A stretch of DNA of 32,000 bases from Candidatus Saccharimonadota bacterium (GTDB taxonomy: Bacteria; Patescibacteriota; Gracilibacteria; Absconditabacterales; Absconditicoccaceae): NCBI GenBank assembly GCA_965231145.1, contig OZ246420.1:360001-392000 (forward strand), written 5' to 3'. Below, one piece after another: positions 11,301 through 20,769 of this stretch (the stretch's first letter is position 1; every line of letters starts with the position of its first letter). The notes beneath the pieces were generated by a model. The model was given only the letters and a program-made list of their open reading frames with translations, was not told the DNA's origin and searched no databases. The translations under genes and the position numbers were made by a program.

Positions 11301-11949
11301 GTTGCGCGATCAAAAAATTGGTTATATAGTTATTGATCCAAATATTGCCAGCGTCGTTATGGGTGATGCAAATAGTACTCTCAGAGACAGAATATTTGGT
11401 AAGTTTGATGCAACAAACTCTAAGGTTGTTGATTATGGTTCTATGACTATGATCGCAAAAATGATCAATGATGGATATATGTCTCTTGCTTCTACCAATA
11501 TCATTAGCGCGAAATATGCGTTTACACTTTCGTATGAGGAGTTAAAAGCAGCATATCCAAACGTGCAGGAAGAGGAGTTCGTGTTAAGAACAAAACTTGC
11601 AACTCTGAGATTTTGGGGCAATGCGCAGGAACTTTTCAATGGTATCCCTGCCATCTTTAATCAAAGAATGATCAATGGAGAGGCTGTAAGTGATGTAGCA
11701 ACTGTGTTGGGTAAGGATGTCGACATCACAAAGATAAGAGGAATAGCTTCTTCAGTTCTCTCTCAAAAGAAACTCAATGTCGATGTGATTGCTCCTCTCA
11801 ATGAAGATGAAAGAACAGTACTTGTGCAATATCTTAGTTTATACAATATGATGAAAACAAATCCTCAGCAATATCAGCAGGTGATGATTTCTCTTCTTCA
11901 ACAAAGTGTGCTTGGAAATAGTCAGATTATGCTCTTTAAGCTCAACTAG
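8398..11949 (+). CDS. Very large polytopic membrane protein (1183 aa), function unknown
   Basis: An AAGGAG Shine-Dalgarno lies 8 nt upstream of ATG 8398. Track ORFs 8749..9864, 10090..10338, 10429..10995 and 11029..11949 are all in frame 1. Reading the gaps shows only TGA (8485, 8680, 8731, 9862, 10336, 10993). Layout: about 14 N-terminal TM helices, a roughly 210-aa soluble insert, 4-5 more TM helices, then a roughly 300-aa C-terminal soluble domain. Confidence 0.7.
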
Positions 11950-11982
11950 TCTTTAACATTCTATGTATCTGTCATAAGTACG

Positions 11983-12774
11983 ATGAAAACGATTTACCTT
12001 CTCGACTGGCTTATAAGCAAACATGTTGTTGTCCGTGATGTGCCTGATCATGTACATTTTGAGGTGGGCGAGAGGGTGATATACGTCAATAAAGAAGACA
12101 ATAAAAAATATCTTGGTTCATATGTAGGTTATCCAGTGGAGTCAGAAAAAGAAGGAGCTTTCCATGCAATTCTCTCATGAAAGGACCTTGAGCAGTTTCA
12201 GGGTTATCAGAAAAGAGCAATGGAAATGTACGCCTTATTTAAGAAGCAATTTGCGTCGCAGTTCGCTGGTGCCACTCCAATAACGGCCAGATCTGATCTC
12301 TATGGTAGTATTATTTATTTTTATTTTTATTCTGAGGAAAGGTATAACTTTGCCGACTTCGTGAGATCATTTAGAGCTCAACTTCCCTGTCAGTTCTTTA
12401 TCTATCAGGTAGGAGCAAGGGATATGATAAGGCTTTCTCCTCATGCAAAAGACTATCTTGCTGCCTGTGGGTGTGGCCCATTGGGCTGCTGTAGTCTTGG
12501 AAAGCTTCCGAGTGTGGAAATGGATAATATTGCACTTCAGTCGTTGGAAGGAAGGGACGTTGAAAAACTAAAATGAAGATGCGGGAAGCTCAAATGTAGT
12601 ATTGTGTATGAAAGAGCACTTTACCTTGAAGAAACCCAGAAATTTCCTAAAAAAGGGGAAATGGTTACGTTATCTACGACTGGTGTAACGGGACTATGCA
12701 TCGGGCACAATATCATGACCTGAGAGATCACTATAAAAACAGAAACCTGAGAAATCCTAAGAACAAGTGTTTAG
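11983..12774 (+). CDS. PSP1 C-terminal domain protein (YaaT/RicT-like)
   Basis: Track ORFs 11983..12180 and 12220..12576 are in frame 1. TGAs lie at 12178, 12574, 12721 and 12748; stop TAG 12772-12774. Cys-rich PSP1 signature: LAACGCGPLGCCSLGKLP ... KLK-G-RCGKLKCSIVYE. Confidence 0.8.
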
Positions 12775-12802
12775 TGTTTTATCTTACGTTCTGTGAGCTA
12801 CG

Positions 12803-13786
12803 ATGTTTCAGTATATTATACAATGATGGTATATATTGACGATAGTACTGGTTGCGTGTATCATTGGCTATATTGCATATTATGCTCTTGAACGATTTTC
12901 AGCAAGAAGAGCAAAAAAGATGGTGGTAGAATCACATAAAACTAACAATGAGGAAATCGAAGATATTCTTCTTATAGAACAAGAAACAGTCATACTTACT
13001 TCTGATGAATCTACAGGAAAGGTAGATTTACTTGTTGAAGAAAAGAATATTCTTATAGAAACTGCAGAGGATGAGAGTGAAGAAAAAATATGGCTCAATG
13101 ATGATGTAATAGAAATCAATCCTGAAGGAGAAGGGCAAGAAGACAAGGATAATCCTGGATTTTCTTTGAAAAAGCATAAGGTGAAAAATATTGCTGAAGG
13201 AGTAAGTAGGGACGATATTCTTCAGGATAAGCATGAGAAAAACCTCCAGAAAGTCAAATATGAAGCATTGCTTTGTAAGCAAAGAAATGACCTTGCTGGC
13301 TATGAAAAGAAGCTTATTGAAGGTCTCATATTAGATCCAGATGATATTGATATATTTAGGCAGCTTGCTGATTTCTACTTTGGAGAGGGGAAATATACAA
13401 AAGCCCTTAGTATGTTCAGAAAGATACTTACTTTTGATCCGGAAGATCATCATGCGCTTTGGCAGATTGGTGAGATATACATTGAACAAGGGCAGTATGA
13501 AGATGCGCAGGTATTTGTAGAAAAAGCTCTTTCTCTTTCGCCAGACAATCCTAAATATTATATTAGTCTGATAGACATTACTATCGCTAAAAATGAGCTT
13601 CAACAGGCGCTTGGATACCTTGAGAAGATCGTTGCTTTGAGGCCAAGAAATATCTCTTATCTTATGGCCCTTGGGGAGATGTATGAGAAGCTTGATCGCC
13701 CTGAAGACGCAAAACAAACATACTTTAGGGTATTAGAGATAGATCCTCTGCATATTGATGTGAAACATATTTTGAAAAGATTTTAA
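12803..13786 (+). CDS. Membrane-anchored TPR repeat protein
   Basis: ATG 12803 extends track ORF 12836..13786 through TGA 12824-12826, completing the TM helix (WYILTIVLVACIIGYIAYYAL). An acidic linker follows, then at least four clear TPRs (GKYTKALSMFRKILTFDPEDHHALWQIGEIYIEQGQYEDAQVFVEKALSLSPDNP...). Confidence 0.75.
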
Positions 13787-13805
13787 TTATTTTTATCGTG
13801 AGGTT

Positions 13806-13931
13806 ATGCATACTAAGAAGAAAACTTTTGTGAAGATACTTACATGGATCATAGTTATCTTGATGATTCTTACAATATTTTCGCCTTTTATCGGTTATAT
13901 TTTCACGTCAGATAGTACCATTACACAATAA
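13806..13931 (+). CDS. Possible 41-aa single-TM micro-protein
   Basis: GTGAGG lies upstream of ATG 13806. Translation: MHTKKKTFVKILTWIIVILMILTIFSPFIGYIFTSDSTITQ; stop TAA 13929-13931. Supported only by the basic-then-hydrophobic profile and its position in the operon gap. Confidence 0.3.
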   Translation: MHTKKKTFVKILTWIIVILMILTIFSPFIGYIFTSDSTITQ

Positions 13932-13959
13932 GTCATTTTATTTTCTGAAGTATTTCTAG

Positions 13960-14394
13960 ATGAAGTGTCCAACGTGTGGTAATGCTGATACGAAAGTCGT
14001 AGATTCAAGAGTGGTCGAAGCGGGGTATGCGATAAGACGCAGACGTGAATGTGAATACTGTGAAGAAAGATTTACTACCTTTGAAAGAAGGGGAAATACA
14101 GATCTTATTGTGATTAAGAAGGACGGAACAAAGGAACTCTATGATAGGATGAAGATAAAGAAGGCATTTCTGCTCGCATTTGCAAAGAGAGAAATCTCTA
14201 ATGAAGCGATGGAGGAGATGATTAATCAGCTAGAGATGCAATGGACAAAACATGGAGCAGAAATAGAATCATCTATGATAGGAAAGGATATCGTAGCTCT
14301 GCTTAAGGAGAAAGATCCGGTTGCCTATGTAAGATTCGCATCAGTCTATCTTTCATTTAATACGCTCGCTGACTTTAAGGATATTGTAAAATAG
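13960..14394 (+). CDS. nrdR: Transcriptional repressor NrdR (zinc ribbon + ATP-cone)
   Basis: MKCPTCGNADTKVVDSRVVEAGYAIRRRRECEYCEERFTTFER is the canonical NrdR N-terminus. An ATP-cone region follows. Intact 144-aa ORF with no TGA. Confidence 0.95.
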   Translation: MKCPTCGNADTKVVDSRVVEAGYAIRRRRECEYCEERFTTFERRGNTDLIVIKKDGTKELYDRMKIKKAFLLAFAKREISNEAMEEMINQLEMQWTKHGAEIESSMIGKDIVALLKEKDPVAYVRFASVYLSFNTLADFKDIVK

Positions 14395-14395
14395 T

Positions 14396-14421
14396 AAAAA
14401 GCTCCCCGATGGGAGCTTTTC
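14396..14421. terminator. Bidirectional terminator between nrdR and the convergent pseudouridine synthase gene
   Basis: AAAAAGCTCCC-cgat-GGGAGCTTTT. A 7-bp GC-rich stem is flanked by an A-run and a T-run. It lies between stops at 14394 (+) and 14425 (-). Confidence 0.6.
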
Positions 14422-14424
14422 TTA

Positions 14425-15186
14425 TTATGCTTTATACTTCTGTAACATGTATTTGCCGAGCTTAATAGATCAGAGCTGATAAATACCTACTTTGGTTCTT
14501 TTAAGGTCTTTTACTATGTAGCCAAGGGCCTTAAACATGCGTCTAATATGGCGTTTTTTTCATTCATTAAGCGTGACGATGGCATAGTATTTGTCTTTTA
14601 CATGTTCATATCTTATATTGAGAGCTTTGAGCATCTCTCCGCTTACTCCTGATGCTTTTCACTTCTCTGTTCTTATCATATTTCATTCTTCATCTACAGG
14701 TATTCATCTTTTAGCTTGTTGAATATGATTGCTTTTGATGGGCTTGTCGATCTGTACCTCATAGATTTTATGGATGTCATTTTCTGGTTTTTCATAATAA
14801 TCAACCAATGCGGGATCATTAGTAAGTAGTAAAAGACCATGAGAGTCTTTGTCGAGCCTTCCGATATAATAGAAGTCCTTCTTTCGGCTTGCAGGGAGCA
14901 GTTCATAAATAGTCTTATTATGTTTATCTTCCTTTGAAACGGCGTATCCTTTCGGCTTATTGAATAGTACGATCATGGTCGGTTTTTTCTTTAACTCTTG
15001 TATTTTCTCTGTGAGTAATATTTTTTTTCATGAACGTATTTCAAGTGTCGTTCCAGGAGTGCTCATAGCCTGCATGGAAGTAACGGGAGTTTCATCGATA
15101 TATATGGCTCCTTCCTTAAGCATTTGCATATATTCTCTTCTGCTTATGCCGTGTTTTTCTTGGAGATAGGAAAATAGTTTTTTCAT
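14425..15186 (-). CDS. RsuA/RluB/RluF-family rRNA pseudouridine synthase (253 aa)
   Basis: Track ORF 14704..14976 was extended on both sides through TGAs to a 762-nt ORF. Motifs: GRLDKDSHGLLLLTNDPAL, KIYEVQI, LNE-G-KKRHIRRMF (TGA at 14560-14562), and an S4-like N-terminus MKKLFSYLQEKHGISRREYMQMLKEGAIYID. Confidence 0.9.
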
Positions 15187-15228
15187 GATTAGGGTAGGAC
15201 GATAATAAAATGTCTACTTCTGTCTATA

Positions 15229-16095
15229 TTAAATGAATGGTGTATCTTGTTTTTTTATAATCACTCTCGGGAAGGTTGTAAGATCTATTTCATAATAGAA
15301 GTTGTTGTCTATGGATCATAAGATAGTAGCAAGATATTGTAGCTGTTCCTGTATGCTTCTTTTATGATCAAAAGTCATTTTTTTATTTTCTGATATGATA
15401 ATACTCTTTTGTGCTCATGGAAGATAGAGAATATCACTTATTGCCATAGTATTTGTAATAAGCGTAAAGTCGTCTTTTAGTTTCTCGGGTCACATGAGTG
15501 CGAGATATCATGTACTATTGGTGATGATATCTTCTCCGCTGAAGTAGTCCGGGAGTCTTATGACAAGAGCCCCAGAATTTAATGTATCGCTTTCCAATGT
15601 CGGGAAAAGAGTTTGATTGGTGTAAGCTATCGATAGAGAGCTGTTTTTAAAAAGAAGCTGTGCTGGGTAAAACTCTAAAGATACGGTAATCTTGCCTGGT
15701 CATGTTTTGCTAAAGGATACATCTTTGATCATGTGATATGTATCTTCAAGATCATTTTTAATCCTCCTATTACCCTTTGCCTTGAGGATGATAATGTTTT
15801 TTCCCATGAATTTTTCTCTTGCTTCGAGATACATGTCTCTGTGGTTGTATGTGGCAATATTTTCATCGGTAAAAATTACTTCGCTGATAATATTTGTTGG
15901 TCTTCCAATAGTATAGATGTATGCAAACTGTAGTATTATAGCAAATAATCCAAGGATAATAAGAACGAGTAGCGAATTTTTATAAGTAATTATAAATCTT
16001 TTGAGTGATGAGAAAAAAAGCGACTTACGTCTTTTCTTTGGTAAGCGCCTTTGTGCAGGAGAAGAAATATATGAGTTTCTTTTGCCGTTGTACAT
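15229..16095 (-). CDS. FtsQ/DivIB-like cell-division protein (basic tail, one TM, POTRA-like region)
   Basis: Track ORF 15700..16095 continues through TGA 15700-15702 and four more TGAs to TAA at 15229-15231 (867 nt). It has a basic N-terminus (RRLPKKRRKS), the TM helix LLVLIILGLFAIILQFAYIY, then I.EVIFTDENIATYNHRDMYLEAREKFMGKNIIIL...VSFSKTGPGKITVSLEFYPAQLLF. That segment resembles the POTRA / beta-strand part of FtsQ. Assignment is by pattern only. Confidence 0.55.
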
Positions 16096-16096
16096 T

Positions 16097-16570
16097 TTAT
16101 GAGATGAGTATAGAGTTGATAAGTGGCGTGATGTAATAGATGATCCATGTAAGGGCGCTACCTACAAATATTCCACCTACTACTTCTACAAGCGTGTGTC
16201 CCAATCTTTCTTTTAAGTCATTGAGCTTATAGTCTATGAAAGAAAATGACTTTAGTTCTTCTTTGATTTCATTGATGTACTGAGCATGTTTTCCGGCTTC
16301 GTATCTTACGTTCATGGCGTCATACCAGAAGAGGAAAGAAAAGCATAATGCTATAGCAAATTGAGGACTTTGGATGCCATAAGTCAAACCCATGAGAGTA
16401 GTAAGGCTGCTTGATATTCCACTATGTACAGATGGAAATCCACCTGCTCTCCAGAGATAATCTATTTTCAATTTCTTTCTTCATTCCGCGAAAAAATCCA
16501 CGATGATTTTTATCGATTGGATAATGATAGCAACCACAAGAGGTATGACAAATAGCGGTAGATTTATCAT
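16097..16570 (-). CDS. Divergent PAP2 family (DUF212, YuiD-like) membrane protein
   Basis: ATG 16568-16570 extends track ORF 16097..16471 through one TGA. Motifs: GGFPSVHSG and GHTLVEVVGGIFVG. The stop lies 1 nt before the FtsQ-like start, so the two are likely co-transcribed. Confidence 0.75.
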
Positions 16571-16710
16571 GGATGAAAGAGGGAAATAATTGATCTCTAT
16601 TATAGATATAGAATAGATGGGCAAAATCAAATCAAAATGCTTAGGGTGTTTGGATTGTATTTAGCCTTGTTTTCTGTATCGTGAAGTCGTTTTTATCTTG
16701 TCTATTGGCT

Positions 16711-17640
16711 ATGCTAAGAGTAGGTGCACACACGTCTATTGCTTGATGAATACATCTTGCTTTTGAAAGATCACATCAGATTTGAGGAAATACATTGCAA
16801 ATATTTGCAAAGTCGCCAAGAGGGCGATCTGTTCCCGCTTATACAGAAGCAGATTATCAGCTGGCAAGAGAGTATAGAGAGAAATATGCCCAGGTGTGAG
16901 GTTTGATTCACGCGAATTATCTGGCAAATCTTTCTAAGCCATTTGAAGAATGCCAAGTAGATATAAAAAGCATTTTGCATGATTTTGAAGTATGACATTA
17001 TACGTGATTTGAAGCAGTAAATGTGCATGTTGGTAAGGGTAAGTGATTTGCAGATAAGCATGAAGCATATAAGAATATGGCAAAAAATGTAGAGTATATT
17101 ATCGCTGAAAACGCTAAAAAGGGTTATACTCCAAAGTTTCTTTTTGAGATCACGGCAGGTCAGGGGAGCGAGCTTTGATATCTTATCGAAGATCTGGCAG
17201 AGTTTTATAATGGCTACCTTAAGCACTTACCTATTGCATTCTGCTTTGATACTGCACATGCGCGGTGATGAGGAAATGACTTGAAACAATGGGATACACT
17301 TATGGCTTTATGGGATGAGAAAATAGGAATAGATAAGCTATATAGCTTCCACCTCAATGATAGTAAAGCAATGCTTGGCTCTCATCTTGATAGGCATGCC
17401 CCACTTGGAAGGGGCGCAATAGGAATGCCTACACTAGCTCATATTATTCAATGGTGAGTAAAGCATAATAAACCAATATTTCTTGAAACATCGGAGCCCG
17501 AGTTGTGGCCAGAAGAGATAGAGTTCATAAAGAAAATTTCAGAGTGAGATGTAGCATGGATTGAAACTTTCCATGCAGAACATGCAGGTAAACATCTATT
17601 GAAAAAGTTTCAAGCAGATCAAGGGTCGTTATTTGGATAA
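16711..17640 (+). CDS. nfo: Endonuclease IV (AP endonuclease, 309 aa)
   Basis: Frame 1 from ATG 16711 to TAA 17638-17640, with 12 in-frame TGAs (hand count). This is why the track shows only a 60-aa piece. Motifs: VGAHTSIA-GG-IH, LQIFAKSPRG, LIHANYLANL, EITAGQGSEL-G, FCFDTAHA, HLNDSKAMLGSHLDRHAPLGRGAIG, IFLETS. Confidence 0.9.
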
Positions 17641-17649
17641 TCCTATTAT

Positions 17650-18144
17650 ATGAAAAAGCAATCATCGTGAAAGATAGTTCTTGCCATAGATCCATGAGTA
17701 CGTAAGCTTGGATATGCTTTAGTGCAGGATGATATGAAGATCATTGATGCTGGTATATTGTTGCAAAATATTTCTTCTCCAACAAGAATGGATCAGTTTG
17801 CGAGAATGCAAAAGATCTATCATTTCTTTTCTGAGATGTTGACAGAGATAGACATAAGCGCGTGCGTCATGGAAAAGCTTTTTTTTACTAATGCAAATCA
17901 GTCAAATGCTGAGTTTGTCTTTGGTGTAAGATGAATACTTATTGCGCTTATGCTTGAGAAGTGAATCATCGTAAAAGAATATACACCGATAGAACTTAAG
18001 AAATATATTACTGGAAATGGAAAAGCGGATAAGCTTTTTGTGCAAAAGATGATCATGAAGATATATAAACTTGAAGCTATGCCTCAGTATAATGATGCAG
18101 CAGATGCCTTATGATTGGCATATATATGAATAAAGACTTCTTAA
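17650..18144 (+). CDS. ruvC: Crossover junction endodeoxyribonuclease RuvC
   Basis: ATG 17650, frame 1, six in-frame TGAs, stop TAA 18142-18144. Motifs: IVLAIDP-G-VRKLGYALV, CVMEKLFF, EYTPIELKKYITGNGKADK, NDAADAL-G-LAY. Confidence 0.9.
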
Positions 18145-18276
18145 ATATAATTCGCAATGTTGAATTCTAAATGAAATAATAATGTATTTATCAGAATAAG
18201 ACATAATTAATTTATTGTATTGCATCATAATATAAGTATATATTTAATATTGTTTATTTTTTTGTAAAAGGAAGAA

Positions 18277-19386
18277 GTGCCAATATTGATCATAGGAGCG
18301 TTGCTCATCATTATATGAATACTAGCCATCTATAGCGTGAGCATTCACGAATCTTTTACGCTTACTTTGACGAAGGTTGCTGCCGGAGTTATGGCAGAAC
18401 CATCAAACTATTTCTACTTCAATAAGCATTTGCTCAATATCGTTATTGCTCTGGGTATCTCACTTATTACTTATAAAATCCCTTTAAAACTTTTCAAAAA
18501 ATATAATCATATCATTTTTGCATTGGCATTTGTCTTTCAGATGCTCGTATTTACCAATCTTTGATTGTCCCTACAGGGAGCGAAATGATGGCTTTATCTT
18601 GGTTTTACAACTATTCAGCCCTCAGAGTTCTTTAAGCTAGCGTTTGTTATTTTCTTTGCTGGCTGGCTTGTGAGAAAGAAACATATCATCTGAAAAGTCC
18701 CATGATATGTCTCATTTCTTGCTATACTAGGGATAAGCGCTCTTATCTTTCTTGCGATCCCCGACCTTGGAACACTACTCGTTCTTCTTCCTTTAGCATT
18801 TGTTATGATGTGGTATGGCGGTGGAAAAATCAAACACTTGCTTGGCATTCTTGCTGTATGTTGAAGTATAGGTATCCTTGTTGGTATGCAATTTACTTAT
18901 ATTAAAAGTAGATTGGAATCGTTTGTGAATCCTGATGCTGATAAGACTGGTAAGGGTATTTCATACCAAATCAATCAGTCGCTTATCGCAGTCTGAGCCG
19001 GTGGACTTTTTGGAAAAGGATACGGAAAAGGTCTCCAGAAATTTGGATATATTCCTGAGGCACAGTCTGACTTTATCTTTGCTGCATTCTCTGAAGAAAT
19101 AGGATTCTTTGGTAATATGGTCTTATTGTCTTTGTATTTCTTTCTTGCTTATAAGTTTCTTAAGCGTTTGCCTGACATCAAAGATGAGTATGCGAAAAAT
19201 CTTGGTGCTGGAATTATCTCATTGATTATCATCCAGATGTTTGTAAATATGGGAGTAAATATCAAGCTTTTACCGCTTACTGGTCTTACTTTGCCATTTA
19301 TTAGCGCATGATGATCGGCTCTCATGGTAAATGTCATAGAACTTGTGCTTTTATATAAGATCGCATATAAACAGGAAAAGATCTAA
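18277..19386 (+). CDS. ftsW: SEDS-family peptidoglycan polymerase (FtsW/RodA)
   Basis: Frame 1 is open after TAA 18265. GTG 18277 is the first start codon, so the start is uncertain. Nine in-frame TGAs; stop TAA 19384-19386. Motifs: IQPSEFFKLAFVIFFAGWL, AV-G-AGGLFGKGYGKGLQKFGYIPEAQSDFIFAAFSEEIGFFG, PLTGLTLPFISA-GG-SAL. FtsW versus RodA cannot be resolved from sequence alone. Confidence 0.85.
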
Positions 19387-20015
19387 TGCTTATAGTAACG
19401 CCTCATAATCTTATTGGTCTTGGATTGCCTGTCGAGGGAAAGGAATTTACTCGTTATTTTTCATGATTCCCGCTGACTGCTTTTGATCAGGAGGTTATCT
19501 GCTATCATAAAAAAAACATCGTTACCAAGCGCTGGAAAGATATTGGTTCTGGCGTTGAAATATTTCTTTGTAGACAGAAAAAAGAAGATACTATTTCTCC
19601 TGAAATGCTTGATCTCTGTATAAGATATGGTGAAGTGCTTGTTCGTGATGATGTTGTTACCGGGATACAAGTACATATTCCACTTACAGGAGCATTTCTT
19701 GGTAAAGAAGGCTATTTTTCTGATATGGTAGCTGATCTTTGGAAAGAAGGCTTTGTGGTAGTCCAGAGCGTGATTCAAACAAAGAATTTTCCTCTTATCC
19801 AATGGTCTATTACAGATCCAACGCTATTGGAAACTCTCGTTTCCTCTTTGAAACAGGTTGAAAAGCCTGCTGATTTGTCTATAGTGCAAAGCATTGCTAC
19901 CGTAGAACGTAGAAAACAGATCTTTGTTGCTTTTGAGGAATGGGCAACAAGCCAAGGATTTGATGCAAACTTACTTGATGAGTACGACGTTGTCGTATTA
20001 TCTTGTGATACATAG
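19386..20015 (+). CDS. Hypothetical cytoplasmic protein (209 aa), translationally coupled to the SEDS gene
   Basis: ATG 19386-19388 overlaps the SEDS stop (TAATG). This extends track ORF 19605..20015 through TGA 19464-19466. Stop TAG 20013-20015. No family recognised. Confidence 0.5.
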
Positions 20016-20084
20016 GGGGTTAGTGTAGCGGTAACACAACGGTCTTCGGAACCGTCATCGTCAGTTCGAACCTGGCACTCCCTG
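20014..20084 (+). tRNA. tRNA-Arg (anticodon TCG)
   Basis: Cloverleaf folded by hand. Acceptor AGGGGGT/ACTCCCT (one G-U); D arm GTGT-AGCGGTA-ACAC; anticodon stem ACGGT/ACCGT with loop CT-TCG-GA; T arm GTCAG-TTCGAAC-CTGGC; discriminator G. No encoded CCA. It starts inside the stop codon of the upstream CDS. Confidence 0.8.
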
Positions 20085-20178
20085 AACTCAATGAAATTTT
20101 AATTGTGAATATTAGATTTTCATATACATGTTCTCGGCATGGCTAAAAGTGTAGTATGTCGGTGGACTTTTTTCTTTA

Positions 20179-20209
20179 TAAAAAAAACGCCAGCCAAATG
20201 AGCTAGCGT
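20179..20209 (-). terminator. Rho-independent terminator of the lipoprotein gene
   Basis: On the minus strand: ACGCTAGC-tcatttg-GCTGGCGT (7 of 8 pairs) followed directly by T8. Confidence 0.5.
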
Positions 20210-20243
20210 TCAGATCTTTTTTAGTTAGCTGTTAGGAGCACTT

Positions 20244-20648
20244 TTATTCGACTATTGTTGCGACATCATTTTCCACTTTTATGGTTATGGAGTCGCCTTC
20301 CTTTTGGTCCCTTTTTCCCATTACGAGTACATAGAGCGATTTGGTGCCATCTTCCTCATTCTTAGAAAAGACTACATTTTTATTGTCTTCATGTAAATAT
20401 AGAGCAAGTTGTCCTGCTTTATCTATCTCTAATTCCAGAGGACTTGGTAGAGATCTTGTCCATGTTATATTTTCTTCTGTGCCTTCGAGCTCGGCTATAT
20501 AACATGCATTGTTGTTATCACCGTCGGATTGAAGCAGCATTAGGGGAAATTGTGTTTTAATTATGCCCCTTGTTGTTCCTGATTCGTCGCAGCCTATAAG
20601 TGATAGTAGTAAGAATGTAATAAAAAGAATCGTTAGAGAATGTTTCAT
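20244..20648 (-). CDS. Small lipoprotein (about 134 aa), function unknown
   Basis: Track ORF 20244..20684. The internal start MKHSLTILFITFLLLSLIGC at 20648 gives a textbook lipoprotein signal with lipobox LIG-C. No in-frame TGA. Located directly downstream of giant surface protein A on the same strand. Confidence 0.6.
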   Translation of the reverse strand: MKHSLTILFITFLLLSLIGCDESGTTRGIIKTQFPLMLLQSDGDNNNACYIAELEGTEENITWTRSLPSPLELEIDKAGQLALYLHEDNKNVVFSKNEEDGTKSLYVLVMGKRDQKEGDSITIKVENDVATIVE

Positions 20649-20736
20649 GTTTTCATTTTTTTTGTTAATCCGTATTTTAGCCATTAAAATTTATAAGTCA
20701 ATTTCTTTTTTTGTCCTTAGGAGGTTCTAATGTATA

Positions 20737-20768
20737 TAAAAAGCTCCCCTTCAATAGGGAGCTTTTTT
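20737..20768 (-). terminator. Rho-independent terminator of giant surface-protein gene A
   Basis: AAAAAGCTCCC-cttcaata-GGGAGCTTTTTT, immediately after the TAA at 20770-20772. A/T runs on both sides. Confidence 0.6.
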
Positions 20769-20769
20769 C

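Noticed and set aside
16771-17226. 151-aa minus-strand ORF
   Set aside because: It is antisense to endonuclease IV, whose plus-strand frame carries all the family motifs once TGA is read as Gly.
20014-20084. This tRNA as the UGA-decoding tRNA-Gly(UCA) expected in a table-25 organism
   Set aside because: The anticodon loop reads CT-TCG-GA, so the anticodon is TCG (Arg), not TCA. The suppressor-like tRNA-Gly must lie outside this window.
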